A model generated the notes under the pieces. That model was not told where the DNA came from and made no database searches. It worked only from the letters and a program-made list of their open reading frames with translations. DNA of 64,000 nucleotides from a virus, in IMG/VR virus record IMGVR_UViG_3300007345_000027, positions 1-64,000 of that record; one strand, given 5' to 3'. Positions 38,761 through 47,913 of the stretch are shown here, piece by piece. Position numbers and translations under genes: made by a program. Within the stretch, counting starts at the first letter, position 1. Every line of letters starts with the position of its first letter.

Positions 38761-39195
38761 TTAGATACCTAGTTCGTCTTCTGTGATAATTTTAAATTTC
38801 CATCGACGATCTTCACAAAATTCTTGAGCAACTTTCCATTTTGCTTGATTTTTTGCCCATTCAGTAACTTCATATATGTAACCTTTAGTTTTTGTTTTTT
38901 TAACTTTAGGTTCAATAGTTTGTTTTTTGGGTTTTATTTCAATCAAATACTTTTGAATCTGTCCATTATTTTCTACAACTTTAATATAAAAATCTGGAAA
39001 GTAACGATGAATTCTGTTATCTAACGGTGATCTATAAGGAAGTGCAAGTTCTTCACTACCCCATTCTAATATTCTTTCATTTTTATCACAATAAACCATA
39101 AACTTTCTTTCCCATAATGATCTATAAACTATATTTGTAGGATCACCCTTGTATTTCTTGGGATAAGAAGGTTTGTATTTTCCTTTGTATGCCAT
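38761..39195 (-). CDS. gp4: head completion nuclease gp4
   Basis: KY.GDP..I.YRS.WE, W.SEE, RYFPDF, EIKP..Q, N.AKW motifs. Confidence 0.9.
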   Translation of the reverse strand: MAYKGKYKPSYPKKYKGDPTNIVYRSLWERKFMVYCDKNERILEWGSEELALPYRSPLDNRIHRYFPDFYIKVVENNGQIQKYLIEIKPKKQTIEPKVKKTKTKGYIYEVTEWAKNQAKWKVAQEFCEDRRWKFKIITEDELGI

Positions 39196-39232
39196 CTAAA
39201 TAGTTCATAACATAGCGTATAAAAGTATTTAG
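39196..39232. promoter_or_regulatory. pair of opposed late-promoter-like sites
   Basis: CTAAATA on + at 39196-39202 and on - at 39226-39232, in the 39-bp gap between divergent structural genes. Confidence 0.55.
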
Positions 39233-39234
39233 AA

Positions 39235-39942
39235 ATGAAAGTTCCAGAGATTGGCACTGTAAATATGAGTATGTTGCCAACGTTTTTGAATTTATCGAGA
39301 ACAAATCTATACGAAGTTTTTATTGGAAATTCTTGGGCTTCACCATCAACTACAACATCATTTTTAAAGTTTCTTAGTGATGGTACTCAATATGGATCTA
39401 TCAATTTCAATGAAGATTTTGGTAGAGGTATAGGTCTTCTTTGTACTAATGCAACTTTACCAGCATCTTCATATGCAACTGCAGAAGTAAAAGATAATTT
39501 CATTGGTGTTGGGCAAGAATTTGCACATACTAGAATTAATACTGATATTGACTTCACATTTTATATTGATAGACAATATAAAGTATTAGGATTTTTTGAA
39601 GCATGGATGGATTTTATTTCTGGTGGCGCTGGTGGAGACATGCCACAACAAAACTCAGATCAATCAGCATCAGTTGGTTATTATAGAAGATATAACTACC
39701 CAAAGTATTATAAAACTAACGGAATTTACATCAAAAAGTTTGAAGCAGACTATGCAAAAGGTGGTGCAACAAACATATCATATCAGTTAGTTAATGCTTT
39801 TCCTAAGTCTATGGCTTCAATACCAGTTGCATATGGTGGTTCTGAAATTATGAAAATAACAGTTACTCTAAACTATGATAGATACATTGTACGTAGGGAG
39901 TTTGCAACCGAATCAATTGATTTGAACGGCAATATTGCATAA
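39235..39942 (+). CDS. tail-tube-like baseplate protein (gp54-like tube initiator)
   Basis: SR.N.YEV, C..A.LP, TFY.D, FE.W.D.I, L.NAFP motifs; context. Confidence 0.65.
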   Translation: MKVPEIGTVNMSMLPTFLNLSRTNLYEVFIGNSWASPSTTTSFLKFLSDGTQYGSINFNEDFGRGIGLLCTNATLPASSYATAEVKDNFIGVGQEFAHTRINTDIDFTFYIDRQYKVLGFFEAWMDFISGGAGGDMPQQNSDQSASVGYYRRYNYPKYYKTNGIYIKKFEADYAKGGATNISYQLVNAFPKSMASIPVAYGGSEIMKITVTLNYDRYIVRREFATESIDLNGNIA

Positions 39943-39947
39943 CACCC

Positions 39948-39955
39948 TATAAATA
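39948..39955 (+). promoter_or_regulatory. T4-type late promoter TATAAATA
   Basis: Exact consensus upstream of gp26. Confidence 0.65.
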
Positions 39956-39981
39956 AAAACACATGAATTGTATAGAAAATT

Positions 39982-40704
39982 ATGCCTTTACCTAAGATTA
40001 ATACGCCATTGTATGAGATGGAAATTCCATCTTCTGGTAAAAAGATTAAGTATAGACCTTTTCTTGTTAGAGAAGAAAAGATTCTAATCATGGCATTAGA
40101 ATCTGAAGATATGAAACAAATTACCAATGCTATTGTACAAATCTTAGGAGATTGTATTAGCACAAGAGGTGTTAAGATAAAAGACTTATCAACTTTTGAT
40201 ATTGAATATATTTTCCTCAATGTTAGAGCAAAATCTGTTGGTGAATCAGTTGAAGTAAGTGTTATCTGCCCAGATGATGAAGAAACTCAAGTTAAAACAT
40301 CTATTGATATAGATAGCATTTCAGTTCAGAGAAATCCTGACCATGAACAGATTATTAGGTTGGATGATGAACTTTCAATGAAGATGAAGTATCCTTCCTT
40401 GGATCAGTTTGTTGAGAATAATTTTGAATATAATACGGATGATGATAATGTTGACAAATCATTAGACATGATTGTCTCATGTATCGATATGGTATATAAT
40501 AAAGAAGAGTCTTGGTCTGCAAAAGATTGTACTAAGAAAGAGTTGAAGGATTTTGTAGATCAAATGAACACCAGGCAGTTGAAAGAGGTTGAAAACTTCT
40601 TTATAACTATGCCTAAATTGATGCATATTGTTAATGTTACAAATCCGAAAACCAAAGTTGAATCTGAAGTCGTTCTTGAGGGCCTTGCAAGTTTTTTCAC
40701 CTGA
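39982..40704 (+). CDS. gp26: baseplate hub assembly protein gp26
   Basis: MPLPK..TP.Y, YRPFLV.EEK.L, FD.EY.FL..RAKSVGE, LEGL..FF motifs. Confidence 0.9.
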   Translation: MPLPKINTPLYEMEIPSSGKKIKYRPFLVREEKILIMALESEDMKQITNAIVQILGDCISTRGVKIKDLSTFDIEYIFLNVRAKSVGESVEVSVICPDDEETQVKTSIDIDSISVQRNPDHEQIIRLDDELSMKMKYPSLDQFVENNFEYNTDDDNVDKSLDMIVSCIDMVYNKEESWSAKDCTKKELKDFVDQMNTRQLKEVENFFITMPKLMHIVNVTNPKTKVESEVVLEGLASFFT

Positions 40705-40706
40705 GT

Positions 40707-40883
40707 ATGGCTCATACTAATCTTGAGTCATATTACCGTGTTAATTTTGCCTTGATGCAGCATCATAAATATAGCTTGACGGAGTTGGAAAATATGATTC
40801 CCTTTGAAAGGGAAATCTATGTTTCGCTTTTACAACAGCATGTTGAAGAAGAAAATCTAAAAGCACAACAAAGTGGAAATTAA
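40707..40883 (+). CDS. gp51: baseplate hub assembly catalyst gp51-like (possibly a frameshift extension of gp26)
   Basis: 58-aa ORF read by hand: NFALMQHHKYSLTELENMIPFEREIYV. Confidence 0.8.
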   Translation: MAHTNLESYYRVNFALMQHHKYSLTELENMIPFEREIYVSLLQQHVEEENLKAQQSGN

Positions 40884-43401
40884 CCAAATCTATAGAGCAC
40901 CATCTCTTCCCAAAATTAGTAGAAGAAATATAAATTCTTCTTTAAATCGTGGTGCTTTAGGATCTGGTATAAGTCTTAAAAAAAGTAGTTTTAGTTTTAA
41001 ACAACTAACACCAAAAATTACACCTAGTAAATTAGTTTCTGAAAAGAGTGAAAATCAAGAATCACGTGGTATAGTTAAATATATTCAGTCTAATTTAAAT
41101 ATATTTAAAGTTTTAGAAGAATCTAATAAGTTACTTTCTCAAATTAGAGAGCAGTTAAGTTTAGATTATGATGAAAGGATAAAGGAAAGAAATGAAAATT
41201 TAAGACTATCGAAAAAAAGGATAGCAAAAAATAAAATTAATGAAAAAGAAAAGAGGATAGAAAGTCGGGGTAAATCTTTAATTGGTAGTGCATTAAATAC
41301 TGTAATAGCACCTGCTAAAAGTATATTCCAAAGAATTTTAGATTTTCTTTCTATAATAATAACTGGTATAGTACTCAATACTGCCTTTAAATGGTTATCT
41401 GAGAAAGAAAACCAAGAAAAATTACAGCAGTTCTTTAATTTCTTAAAAGATTACTGGAAAGAATTACTAGTAGTTTTTGGTGCAGTAAAATTACTTGGAT
41501 TAGTTAAAAAATTATACAAAATTGGAAGAGGTCTTAGATCTCTCTTTGAAAATAGACTTAAAACACCTAGGGTTCAACCACCAAAATTCCCTTTAGAAGA
41601 TCTTTGTGCAAAGCTTCCAAACTGTATCAAAGAACCATCTCCAGAACTGTCATCTGCGTTGGAAGCGCAAATGCAGGCAGCAATTAGTAAAACAGATTAT
41701 AAACCTATTTTTACAGGTATTTTTAATGGACTTCTGGGTTTGGGAGCTATTGAAATATTAAGACAACTTATAGAGATTAGTAATCCATTAACTGCACTTG
41801 CCAAAGCTTCTGAATCTAGTGCTTCGGCTTCACCACTAAAACCTAAAGAGACGCCACCGATAGAAGAAGTAACAAAATCCGAACCTACACCATTAGAAAT
41901 AATAAGAAGAAAGGCAATACCAGTAGGAGTTCAAGAATATGTTAATCCTTTACTTAAAAAATATTACAATGATCGTACTATTTTTGGACAAACAAAAACA
42001 CAAAGTGTTCAAACTCCAATGGGTCAATTGATCGTTGAACCAACATCAAAAAATATATTCACTGGGGATGACACACCCAAATTCAGATTTATAAGCAAAG
42101 AAGAACAGGATTATAAAGCTCAACAAACTCAGTTGATGTTAGATAATCCGTGGATTAAAACCTTCTTCGGAGCTCAAACTGCATTAGATTATGCAGGTAT
42201 GATTATGGCTGGAAGACCTGGAAGGGGAGTGAGACCGAAATCTCCTTTTACAAGTCTTAGATCTGCCAACCTAAGCAAATTTAAAGTTGCTGTTAGAAAT
42301 CGTTTAGGGCAATTAAAACTTAAACTACCAGATCGTCAGGCAGATAGAGTAGTCATAGCAGCTGAAAAAGAAGTACAATCTCCAGCATTTCATAGAGCTC
42401 TCTTACAACAAAGAGCAAAAGAAGGTAGATTGGTAGTAGATGAAAATGTTGTTCTTGATGAGGTATTAAAACGTCTCATACAGAGAGAATTATCTGGAAC
42501 ATCTGGTGGAAATCTTTTTGTTGGAGCACCTAAAGAAGTCAGACAACAGTTAGAGAGAATATATGCAAATAGTCCATCTGAAAAAGTAAATGTTCAACCA
42601 GAAACCCAATTTAGAAGTATGGGTGGAACAGTATTTGGTTCAGGATCTCAAACAGTTGATAGTGTTCCTGCAATGCTTGCTCCTGGAGAAGAAGTTATTC
42701 GTTCATCAGCAGCAAATCCTTTCCGCCCACTTTTAAAGGATATTAATGATAATGCTGGAAGATTGTGGAAACAATTTACTGAAGCAACTATCAACCAAGA
42801 AAAAATTAATGCAGTAACTAGAAGATCAAACAGGGTATTTAAAGATTTAATTACTGAATTTACTGAATTGTTTGATGAAGAGAAGCGAGAAATTTCTAAG
42901 AAAAATAGAAAGGAAAGAGCAAAAACAAATCCACCAAGTGGTGATCCACCAAGTGGTGGTGGATCACCAGGATTAAAATCTAAAATTACTAGACCGAAAA
43001 GATCTAGACCTAAAAAAATGTCTGGACCAAGTATTCCAGCACCAAAATTTGTAAGTCAAAATAAACAATCACCATCAAGATCTCATTTTTCATCAGTTAA
43101 TAATAGTATAAGACAACCCGTAACTAATAATATTGCTAAACCAGTAACAAATGTAAAAAATATTGTACAATCTCCTACAAGTACAACTGTCGTTCCATTT
43201 GTTATTGAAAAAGAAACTGGTTCTCCATCTGTTAATGTTGTTAATCTTGCGCCCAAGGTTTTAGATCTTTCTAAAAAATCTACACCAAAACCAAGGACTA
43301 CACAATCAGATGCTACATCTCCAATTCCTTCTATATCACCATTTGATTCTAATAATGACTTTAATTATACAGTCCCAGAAACTTTAGGTATCTTGGTGTA
43401 A
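40873..43401 (+). CDS. tape-measure-like / baseplate hub protein
   Basis: Coiled-coil and amphipathic N-half; GG.V.GSG...DSVPAML.PGE.V motif; follows gp26/gp51. Confidence 0.6.
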   Translation: MEINQIYRAPSLPKISRRNINSSLNRGALGSGISLKKSSFSFKQLTPKITPSKLVSEKSENQESRGIVKYIQSNLNIFKVLEESNKLLSQIREQLSLDYDERIKERNENLRLSKKRIAKNKINEKEKRIESRGKSLIGSALNTVIAPAKSIFQRILDFLSIIITGIVLNTAFKWLSEKENQEKLQQFFNFLKDYWKELLVVFGAVKLLGLVKKLYKIGRGLRSLFENRLKTPRVQPPKFPLEDLCAKLPNCIKEPSPELSSALEAQMQAAISKTDYKPIFTGIFNGLLGLGAIEILRQLIEISNPLTALAKASESSASASPLKPKETPPIEEVTKSEPTPLEIIRRKAIPVGVQEYVNPLLKKYYNDRTIFGQTKTQSVQTPMGQLIVEPTSKNIFTGDDTPKFRFISKEEQDYKAQQTQLMLDNPWIKTFFGAQTALDYAGMIMAGRPGRGVRPKSPFTSLRSANLSKFKVAVRNRLGQLKLKLPDRQADRVVIAAEKEVQSPAFHRALLQQRAKEGRLVVDENVVLDEVLKRLIQRELSGTSGGNLFVGAPKEVRQQLERIYANSPSEKVNVQPETQFRSMGGTVFGSGSQTVDSVPAMLAPGEEVIRSSAANPFRPLLKDINDNAGRLWKQFTEATINQEKINAVTRRSNRVFKDLITEFTELFDEEKREISKKNRKERAKTNPPSGDPPSGGGSPGLKSKITRPKRSRPKKMSGPSIPAPKFVSQNKQSPSRSHFSSVNNSIRQPVTNNIAKPVTNVKNIVQSPTSTTVVPFVIEKETGSPSVNVVNLAPKVLDLSKKSTPKPRTTQSDATSPIPSISPFDSNNDFNYTVPETLGILV

Positions 43402-43402
43402 T

Positions 43403-46093
43403 ATGGAAAGTACAAAGAGCGTAAAAAAATTAAAATTTAATATTCTTAATATAAATTCTTTGATTTTTTCAAAAAGAAAAAAAATATCGAAAATAAAAAA
43501 GGATGAAAAAAGATTTAATTTTATTCTTTTAGGTAAATCAAAACGTAAGAAAAAGGAAAACAAAATAGAAGCGGGAGCACAAAAGTCTGCATTGACTAAT
43601 ATTGCTACAAGATTGGTAGCAAAACCAAAGAGTATGATTGATAAGTTCAAAGAAGTTTTTGGTGTTATTATACTTGGTGTTTTAGTAAATAATTTACCAA
43701 CCCTTTTAAGGGGGTTACAGACTGCATTTACTACAATAAAGAAATTTTTTGAAGATAATCCTTGGTTAGGTCCAGCTATTGCAACAATATTTGATATTGT
43801 TGTAAAAGGAATGAAAGGAATACTTGATTTAACAAAAGTTTTATTACCAATAATCGGTGGATCATTCCAAGCAGGACTTGATACGATTAGAGAAGCTGGA
43901 AAACTTATTAATGAAACTGATAAGATGTTAAAAGGATTAGATTTTGATATCTTTAATTTAATTAAAAATCCTGATGAAGATGATAAGATTAAACAAGAAT
44001 TGGCAGAGATAGAAGGAAAGTATTATTCAAGCACGACTAAGAAAGTATATGGTAGTTATTCTGAAGCACTTAAAGATCCTGCAGTAAAAGCTGTTGCTAT
44101 TAAACCAGTAAAGGTAAAAGCACAACAAAAAATAAAAGCATCGGCTCCTGGTTACGATTCAAACACTGGAACTGTCTTCCTAAAAGATAAGAGTAAAGTA
44201 ATCATGGCTCCTTTTCAGGGGAAAATGGGAGTTATGTCTCCTGGAGATAAGACTGGTACTGCAACCACAGCACCAGAATCTTGGCAGGGAATTGGTGAAG
44301 AGAAAGTATGGGATGCAAACGTAGAAAGATATGAATCTCAGCGTGCATACAATGATATACAAAAACTTTCAACTGGAGGAACAGTTACTGGTCAGAAAAT
44401 GACAGTTTCTGGTGGATTAACTGGGAAAGCTAAAAGGGCAATCACATCTGTAAATTATTTTTCAAAATTAAAAACAAATACTGAAGAATCTAGTAATATA
44501 TCGAAAGAATATGAAGAAAATAATTCATTATTTAAGACTTTCATGCAGTCTTACAAATCTTTATTGAAACTAAAATATCCTAGAGAGAAAAGACCAGTAG
44601 GACGTTTACCATCCGATTACAAAGCGACTGAGCAACAGGCGTTTAAAGAGGAGGAATTGTGGAATAGAAAGAGGACTATTATTAGTCAAGATGCAACCGA
44701 TGAACCTGGATATGAGATTACAGGTCCCAATCCTAATATGATTGCATTATTTGATGGTAAAGTTATACCACGTGGAATTGCTAATGATCCAGCAGACCCT
44801 GGATGGGACAAAGATCCTAGTAAAAAACGTGGATACGGAAATCATGTAATTATACGAAGTGAAGATCCAAATAATCCAGGAACTTATTTTGATGCACTAT
44901 ATGCCCATTTTCCTACAGGAGAACTGAAAGTTAAAGATGGGGATACTATTACTGCGGGACAAGTTTTAGGTAGAAAAGCAACAAGACAAGAATATCTAGA
45001 TAAACCAAGAGAAGTTGGTAGTGGGACTGGACCACACCAGAGCGTTGATTTTTTCAAGGAAGGTGGACCTTATACTACTAAAGCAGGTGCATATCCTGGT
45101 TGGGCACGATTAAGACCATTAATAACAACTCAATTATTAGGTGGAGGTGGTCCTGGTCCTAATCAATTGAAACAAGGTGATATTATTGCTACTAATGCAA
45201 AAACATCTTATTATGATCCATCTTTGGGTGGAATTAATGCAAGTGGATATAAAACACCAGATGGATTACCAGCAACTTCTTCTGGTGAAGGTTATCGACC
45301 AGAATTATTTACTGCTGCAGCATTCCCAGAATTTTTGGCAAAACTTCCAAAATCTATGACTTATAGAGCAGATCCCAGATATATGCCTGGTGGTAGAACT
45401 TTATCTAGGGGTCAGGCTTTCAATGTTATCGTGACAAATACTAGAACAAATAAAACTGCAGTTGTACGTGTAAATGATGCAGGTTCTGGAGTACCAGGAC
45501 ACTCTAAAAATCATATGTTAGATTTTAGTGTTGCCACAAAAGATTATCTTGGAACTGGTGATGGCAATTACACTATTAAAATGGGATCACCAACGATGAA
45601 ACCAGGTCCATATAAATTAGAACCACCAAAACCAAAAACCAATTTACAGATAAGTGAAAATATCAAAAAAATGATATTAAGTATTGGAAAGGGTAATAAT
45701 ATGATATTTGGACAAGAAAATATAAATGTTGAAATAGATAGTAGTGGTAAACTCATAATCAAAGATACTAGAGGTGCATTTGGAACTGGATTATTTCCAA
45801 CTGAATATGAAACCACCAATGAAAAAAATAAAAAACTTTTGTTAAAAATTGAAAAATTGTTGGAACAGAGAATAAAAAACAATCAACAGATAAGACCACA
45901 GCAAGGAATATCACCAGCTACTCCTGGATATGGTGGTGGTGATTCTGCATCAATAACTATATTGAAAGAAACAACCGTAGCTGTGGTTTCTGGTCCAACT
46001 GAAATTGTTGAAGTTCCTGTACAACAAGTTGTTCCATTTGTTATCACACCAAAGTCAGGATCTGGATTACGTAATAGATCCCTAATCTCTTAA
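43403..46093 (+). CDS. hub/tape-measure-like protein with M23 peptidase-like and RlpA/DPBB-like muralytic domains
   Basis: GYGNHV, YAH, G.GTGPH (M23); S.Y.P, TAA, V.VND.G, LDFS (DPBB). Confidence 0.7.
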   Translation: MESTKSVKKLKFNILNINSLIFSKRKKISKIKKDEKRFNFILLGKSKRKKKENKIEAGAQKSALTNIATRLVAKPKSMIDKFKEVFGVIILGVLVNNLPTLLRGLQTAFTTIKKFFEDNPWLGPAIATIFDIVVKGMKGILDLTKVLLPIIGGSFQAGLDTIREAGKLINETDKMLKGLDFDIFNLIKNPDEDDKIKQELAEIEGKYYSSTTKKVYGSYSEALKDPAVKAVAIKPVKVKAQQKIKASAPGYDSNTGTVFLKDKSKVIMAPFQGKMGVMSPGDKTGTATTAPESWQGIGEEKVWDANVERYESQRAYNDIQKLSTGGTVTGQKMTVSGGLTGKAKRAITSVNYFSKLKTNTEESSNISKEYEENNSLFKTFMQSYKSLLKLKYPREKRPVGRLPSDYKATEQQAFKEEELWNRKRTIISQDATDEPGYEITGPNPNMIALFDGKVIPRGIANDPADPGWDKDPSKKRGYGNHVIIRSEDPNNPGTYFDALYAHFPTGELKVKDGDTITAGQVLGRKATRQEYLDKPREVGSGTGPHQSVDFFKEGGPYTTKAGAYPGWARLRPLITTQLLGGGGPGPNQLKQGDIIATNAKTSYYDPSLGGINASGYKTPDGLPATSSGEGYRPELFTAAAFPEFLAKLPKSMTYRADPRYMPGGRTLSRGQAFNVIVTNTRTNKTAVVRVNDAGSGVPGHSKNHMLDFSVATKDYLGTGDGNYTIKMGSPTMKPGPYKLEPPKPKTNLQISENIKKMILSIGKGNNMIFGQENINVEIDSSGKLIIKDTRGAFGTGLFPTEYETTNEKNKKLLLKIEKLLEQRIKNNQQIRPQQGISPATPGYGGGDSASITILKETTVAVVSGPTEIVEVPVQQVVPFVITPKSGSGLRNRSLIS

Positions 46094-46097
46094 AGAC

Positions 46098-47417
46098 ATG
46101 CCATATAGTAATTCATCCCACTACAAACAAATATTAATTGGAAGACCAAAAGATAATACGGTAGTTCCTATTGAAGCAAAAACATTGGGATTTAAGTATT
46201 ATGAAAGTATTTTTTCTCCAATACTTACAGCATCATTAACATATTATGATGTTGGAGATCTTGTAAGAGCAAGTTCTAATGTTGATGTTCAAACAAGACT
46301 TGGAACACTACGAGATAGTTTACCAATTATTGGTAAGGGACAAGAATCTGTACAATTTTTTATTGAGAATGAATCTGGATTTTTAGATTTTAGGACAACT
46401 CCATTTAGAGTTTCAAATCCAACTCCGATTTCTCAAGACAGTCAATCTGAAACTGTTACTTTAAGTTTACTTTCAGAGTCTTCAGTTATAAACGGAACTC
46501 ACAAAAGTTTTAAGAGTTATCATAATACTATTTCTAGTTCTATTGAAAAAATATTAACAGATGAGTTGGGATTTCCAACAGAAAAAGTTTTTATAGATCA
46601 AACAAGTAATAGTGATTCTTTTCGTATGAATGGTAACAGACCATTTGATATTATTACTTCCATGGCGAAAAAATCTGTCTCTAGTACGGGTGGACCTGGA
46701 TATTTTTTCTGGGAGACTCAAGATGGCATGAACTACAAATCAATTGATAGTATCATTCAATCAGATCCTGTTGCAACTTACACGCACACAGATGTAATGT
46801 TCAATACTGATGATAGAAAAAATGATTTTAAGATATTAAAAGAACCTGTTTATCATAATAATAGTAATGTTTTGAGTAATATGTACTCTGGTATTTCTAT
46901 GATAAAGGAAGCATCTTTTGATATGAGTACTTTTGGATATGTTGAAAAACAAGTACCATTAGCATCTTATGGACATAGTACTCTTGGAAATAATATAGAT
47001 TTTCAAGCTTTATATGATGATGAAGATAAAACTAATGTTAATTTTTCAAGAACTGTGTTTTCACTTGCAGATTCTGGATTCACTAATCCTGGAATAAGTT
47101 CATCTATTGTGAATGATAAAAAATTCTACCTATCAAGATCAATACAGAGATATAATTTATTAATGTCACACGTGATTGATATAATAGTTCCATGTAATTT
47201 AGCATTACATGCTGGTGATGTTATAAATTGTATTTTTCAGAAAATTTCTTTTGATAGTAAACATAAAGGTACCAAAAGTGAATTAAATAGTGGTAAATAT
47301 ATTATAACTCATTTATGCCATGATTTTAGACCTAGATCTTCATATACTTCTTTAAGAATAGTTCGGGACACACCTGGAATATATACAAATACGGAGACAA
47401 CTTCTAATGTCATTTAA
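46098..47417 (+). CDS. baseplate hub protein (gp27-like)
   Basis: YYESIFSP, GYFFWETQDG..YKSID, P.N..L.AGD.I, SGKYII..L.H; immediately before the gp5 OB-fold gene. Confidence 0.6.
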   Translation: MPYSNSSHYKQILIGRPKDNTVVPIEAKTLGFKYYESIFSPILTASLTYYDVGDLVRASSNVDVQTRLGTLRDSLPIIGKGQESVQFFIENESGFLDFRTTPFRVSNPTPISQDSQSETVTLSLLSESSVINGTHKSFKSYHNTISSSIEKILTDELGFPTEKVFIDQTSNSDSFRMNGNRPFDIITSMAKKSVSSTGGPGYFFWETQDGMNYKSIDSIIQSDPVATYTHTDVMFNTDDRKNDFKILKEPVYHNNSNVLSNMYSGISMIKEASFDMSTFGYVEKQVPLASYGHSTLGNNIDFQALYDDEDKTNVNFSRTVFSLADSGFTNPGISSSIVNDKKFYLSRSIQRYNLLMSHVIDIIVPCNLALHAGDVINCIFQKISFDSKHKGTKSELNSGKYIITHLCHDFRPRSSYTSLRIVRDTPGIYTNTETTSNVI

Positions 47418-47913
47418 TCCAGATTTTGTTGGAAAAGCACCATTAAAATGGTTCATAGGTCAAGTTCCCTTGGGACAAACAATTAATATTGAAAATCCTA
47501 AAGGGTGGGGTGATCGTGTTAAAGTTAGGATATTGGGTTATCACCCATCATTAGGTTCTGAACTTTCTGATGATGGGTTGGAATGGGCAGTGATCATGAG
47601 ATCAACTAGTCATGGATCTCTAAATAGAAAGAGTGTTGGAATAACTGGTGGTGAATGGGTTGTCGGAGTATTTTTAAATGATGATCCAGAAAAACTATTA
47701 CCTTTGATAGTAGGAGTTTTGGGGAGAAGTGATCCATCATACGAAATAACTGAAAGTGATCAAACATCGAAAAAAAGTGCAGAATTTAAAAAGACTAAAA
47801 ATTGGTATAAAAGTGTGCAACCAGCTCTGTATCATATGATTAGTGGAAAAAAACCTGGTGAAAAAAGAGAGCAAACACCATTTCGTACAAGTAACAGTTT
47901 TTTTAGAAAATAA
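47407..47913 (+). CDS. gp5: gp5 N-terminal OB-fold (baseplate spike) protein
   Basis: WFIGQV, RVKVRILGYH, L.WA, G.WV.G.F.....P...G motifs. Confidence 0.75.
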   Translation: MSFNPDFVGKAPLKWFIGQVPLGQTINIENPKGWGDRVKVRILGYHPSLGSELSDDGLEWAVIMRSTSHGSLNRKSVGITGGEWVVGVFLNDDPEKLLPLIVGVLGRSDPSYEITESDQTSKKSAEFKKTKNWYKSVQPALYHMISGKKPGEKREQTPFRTSNSFFRK

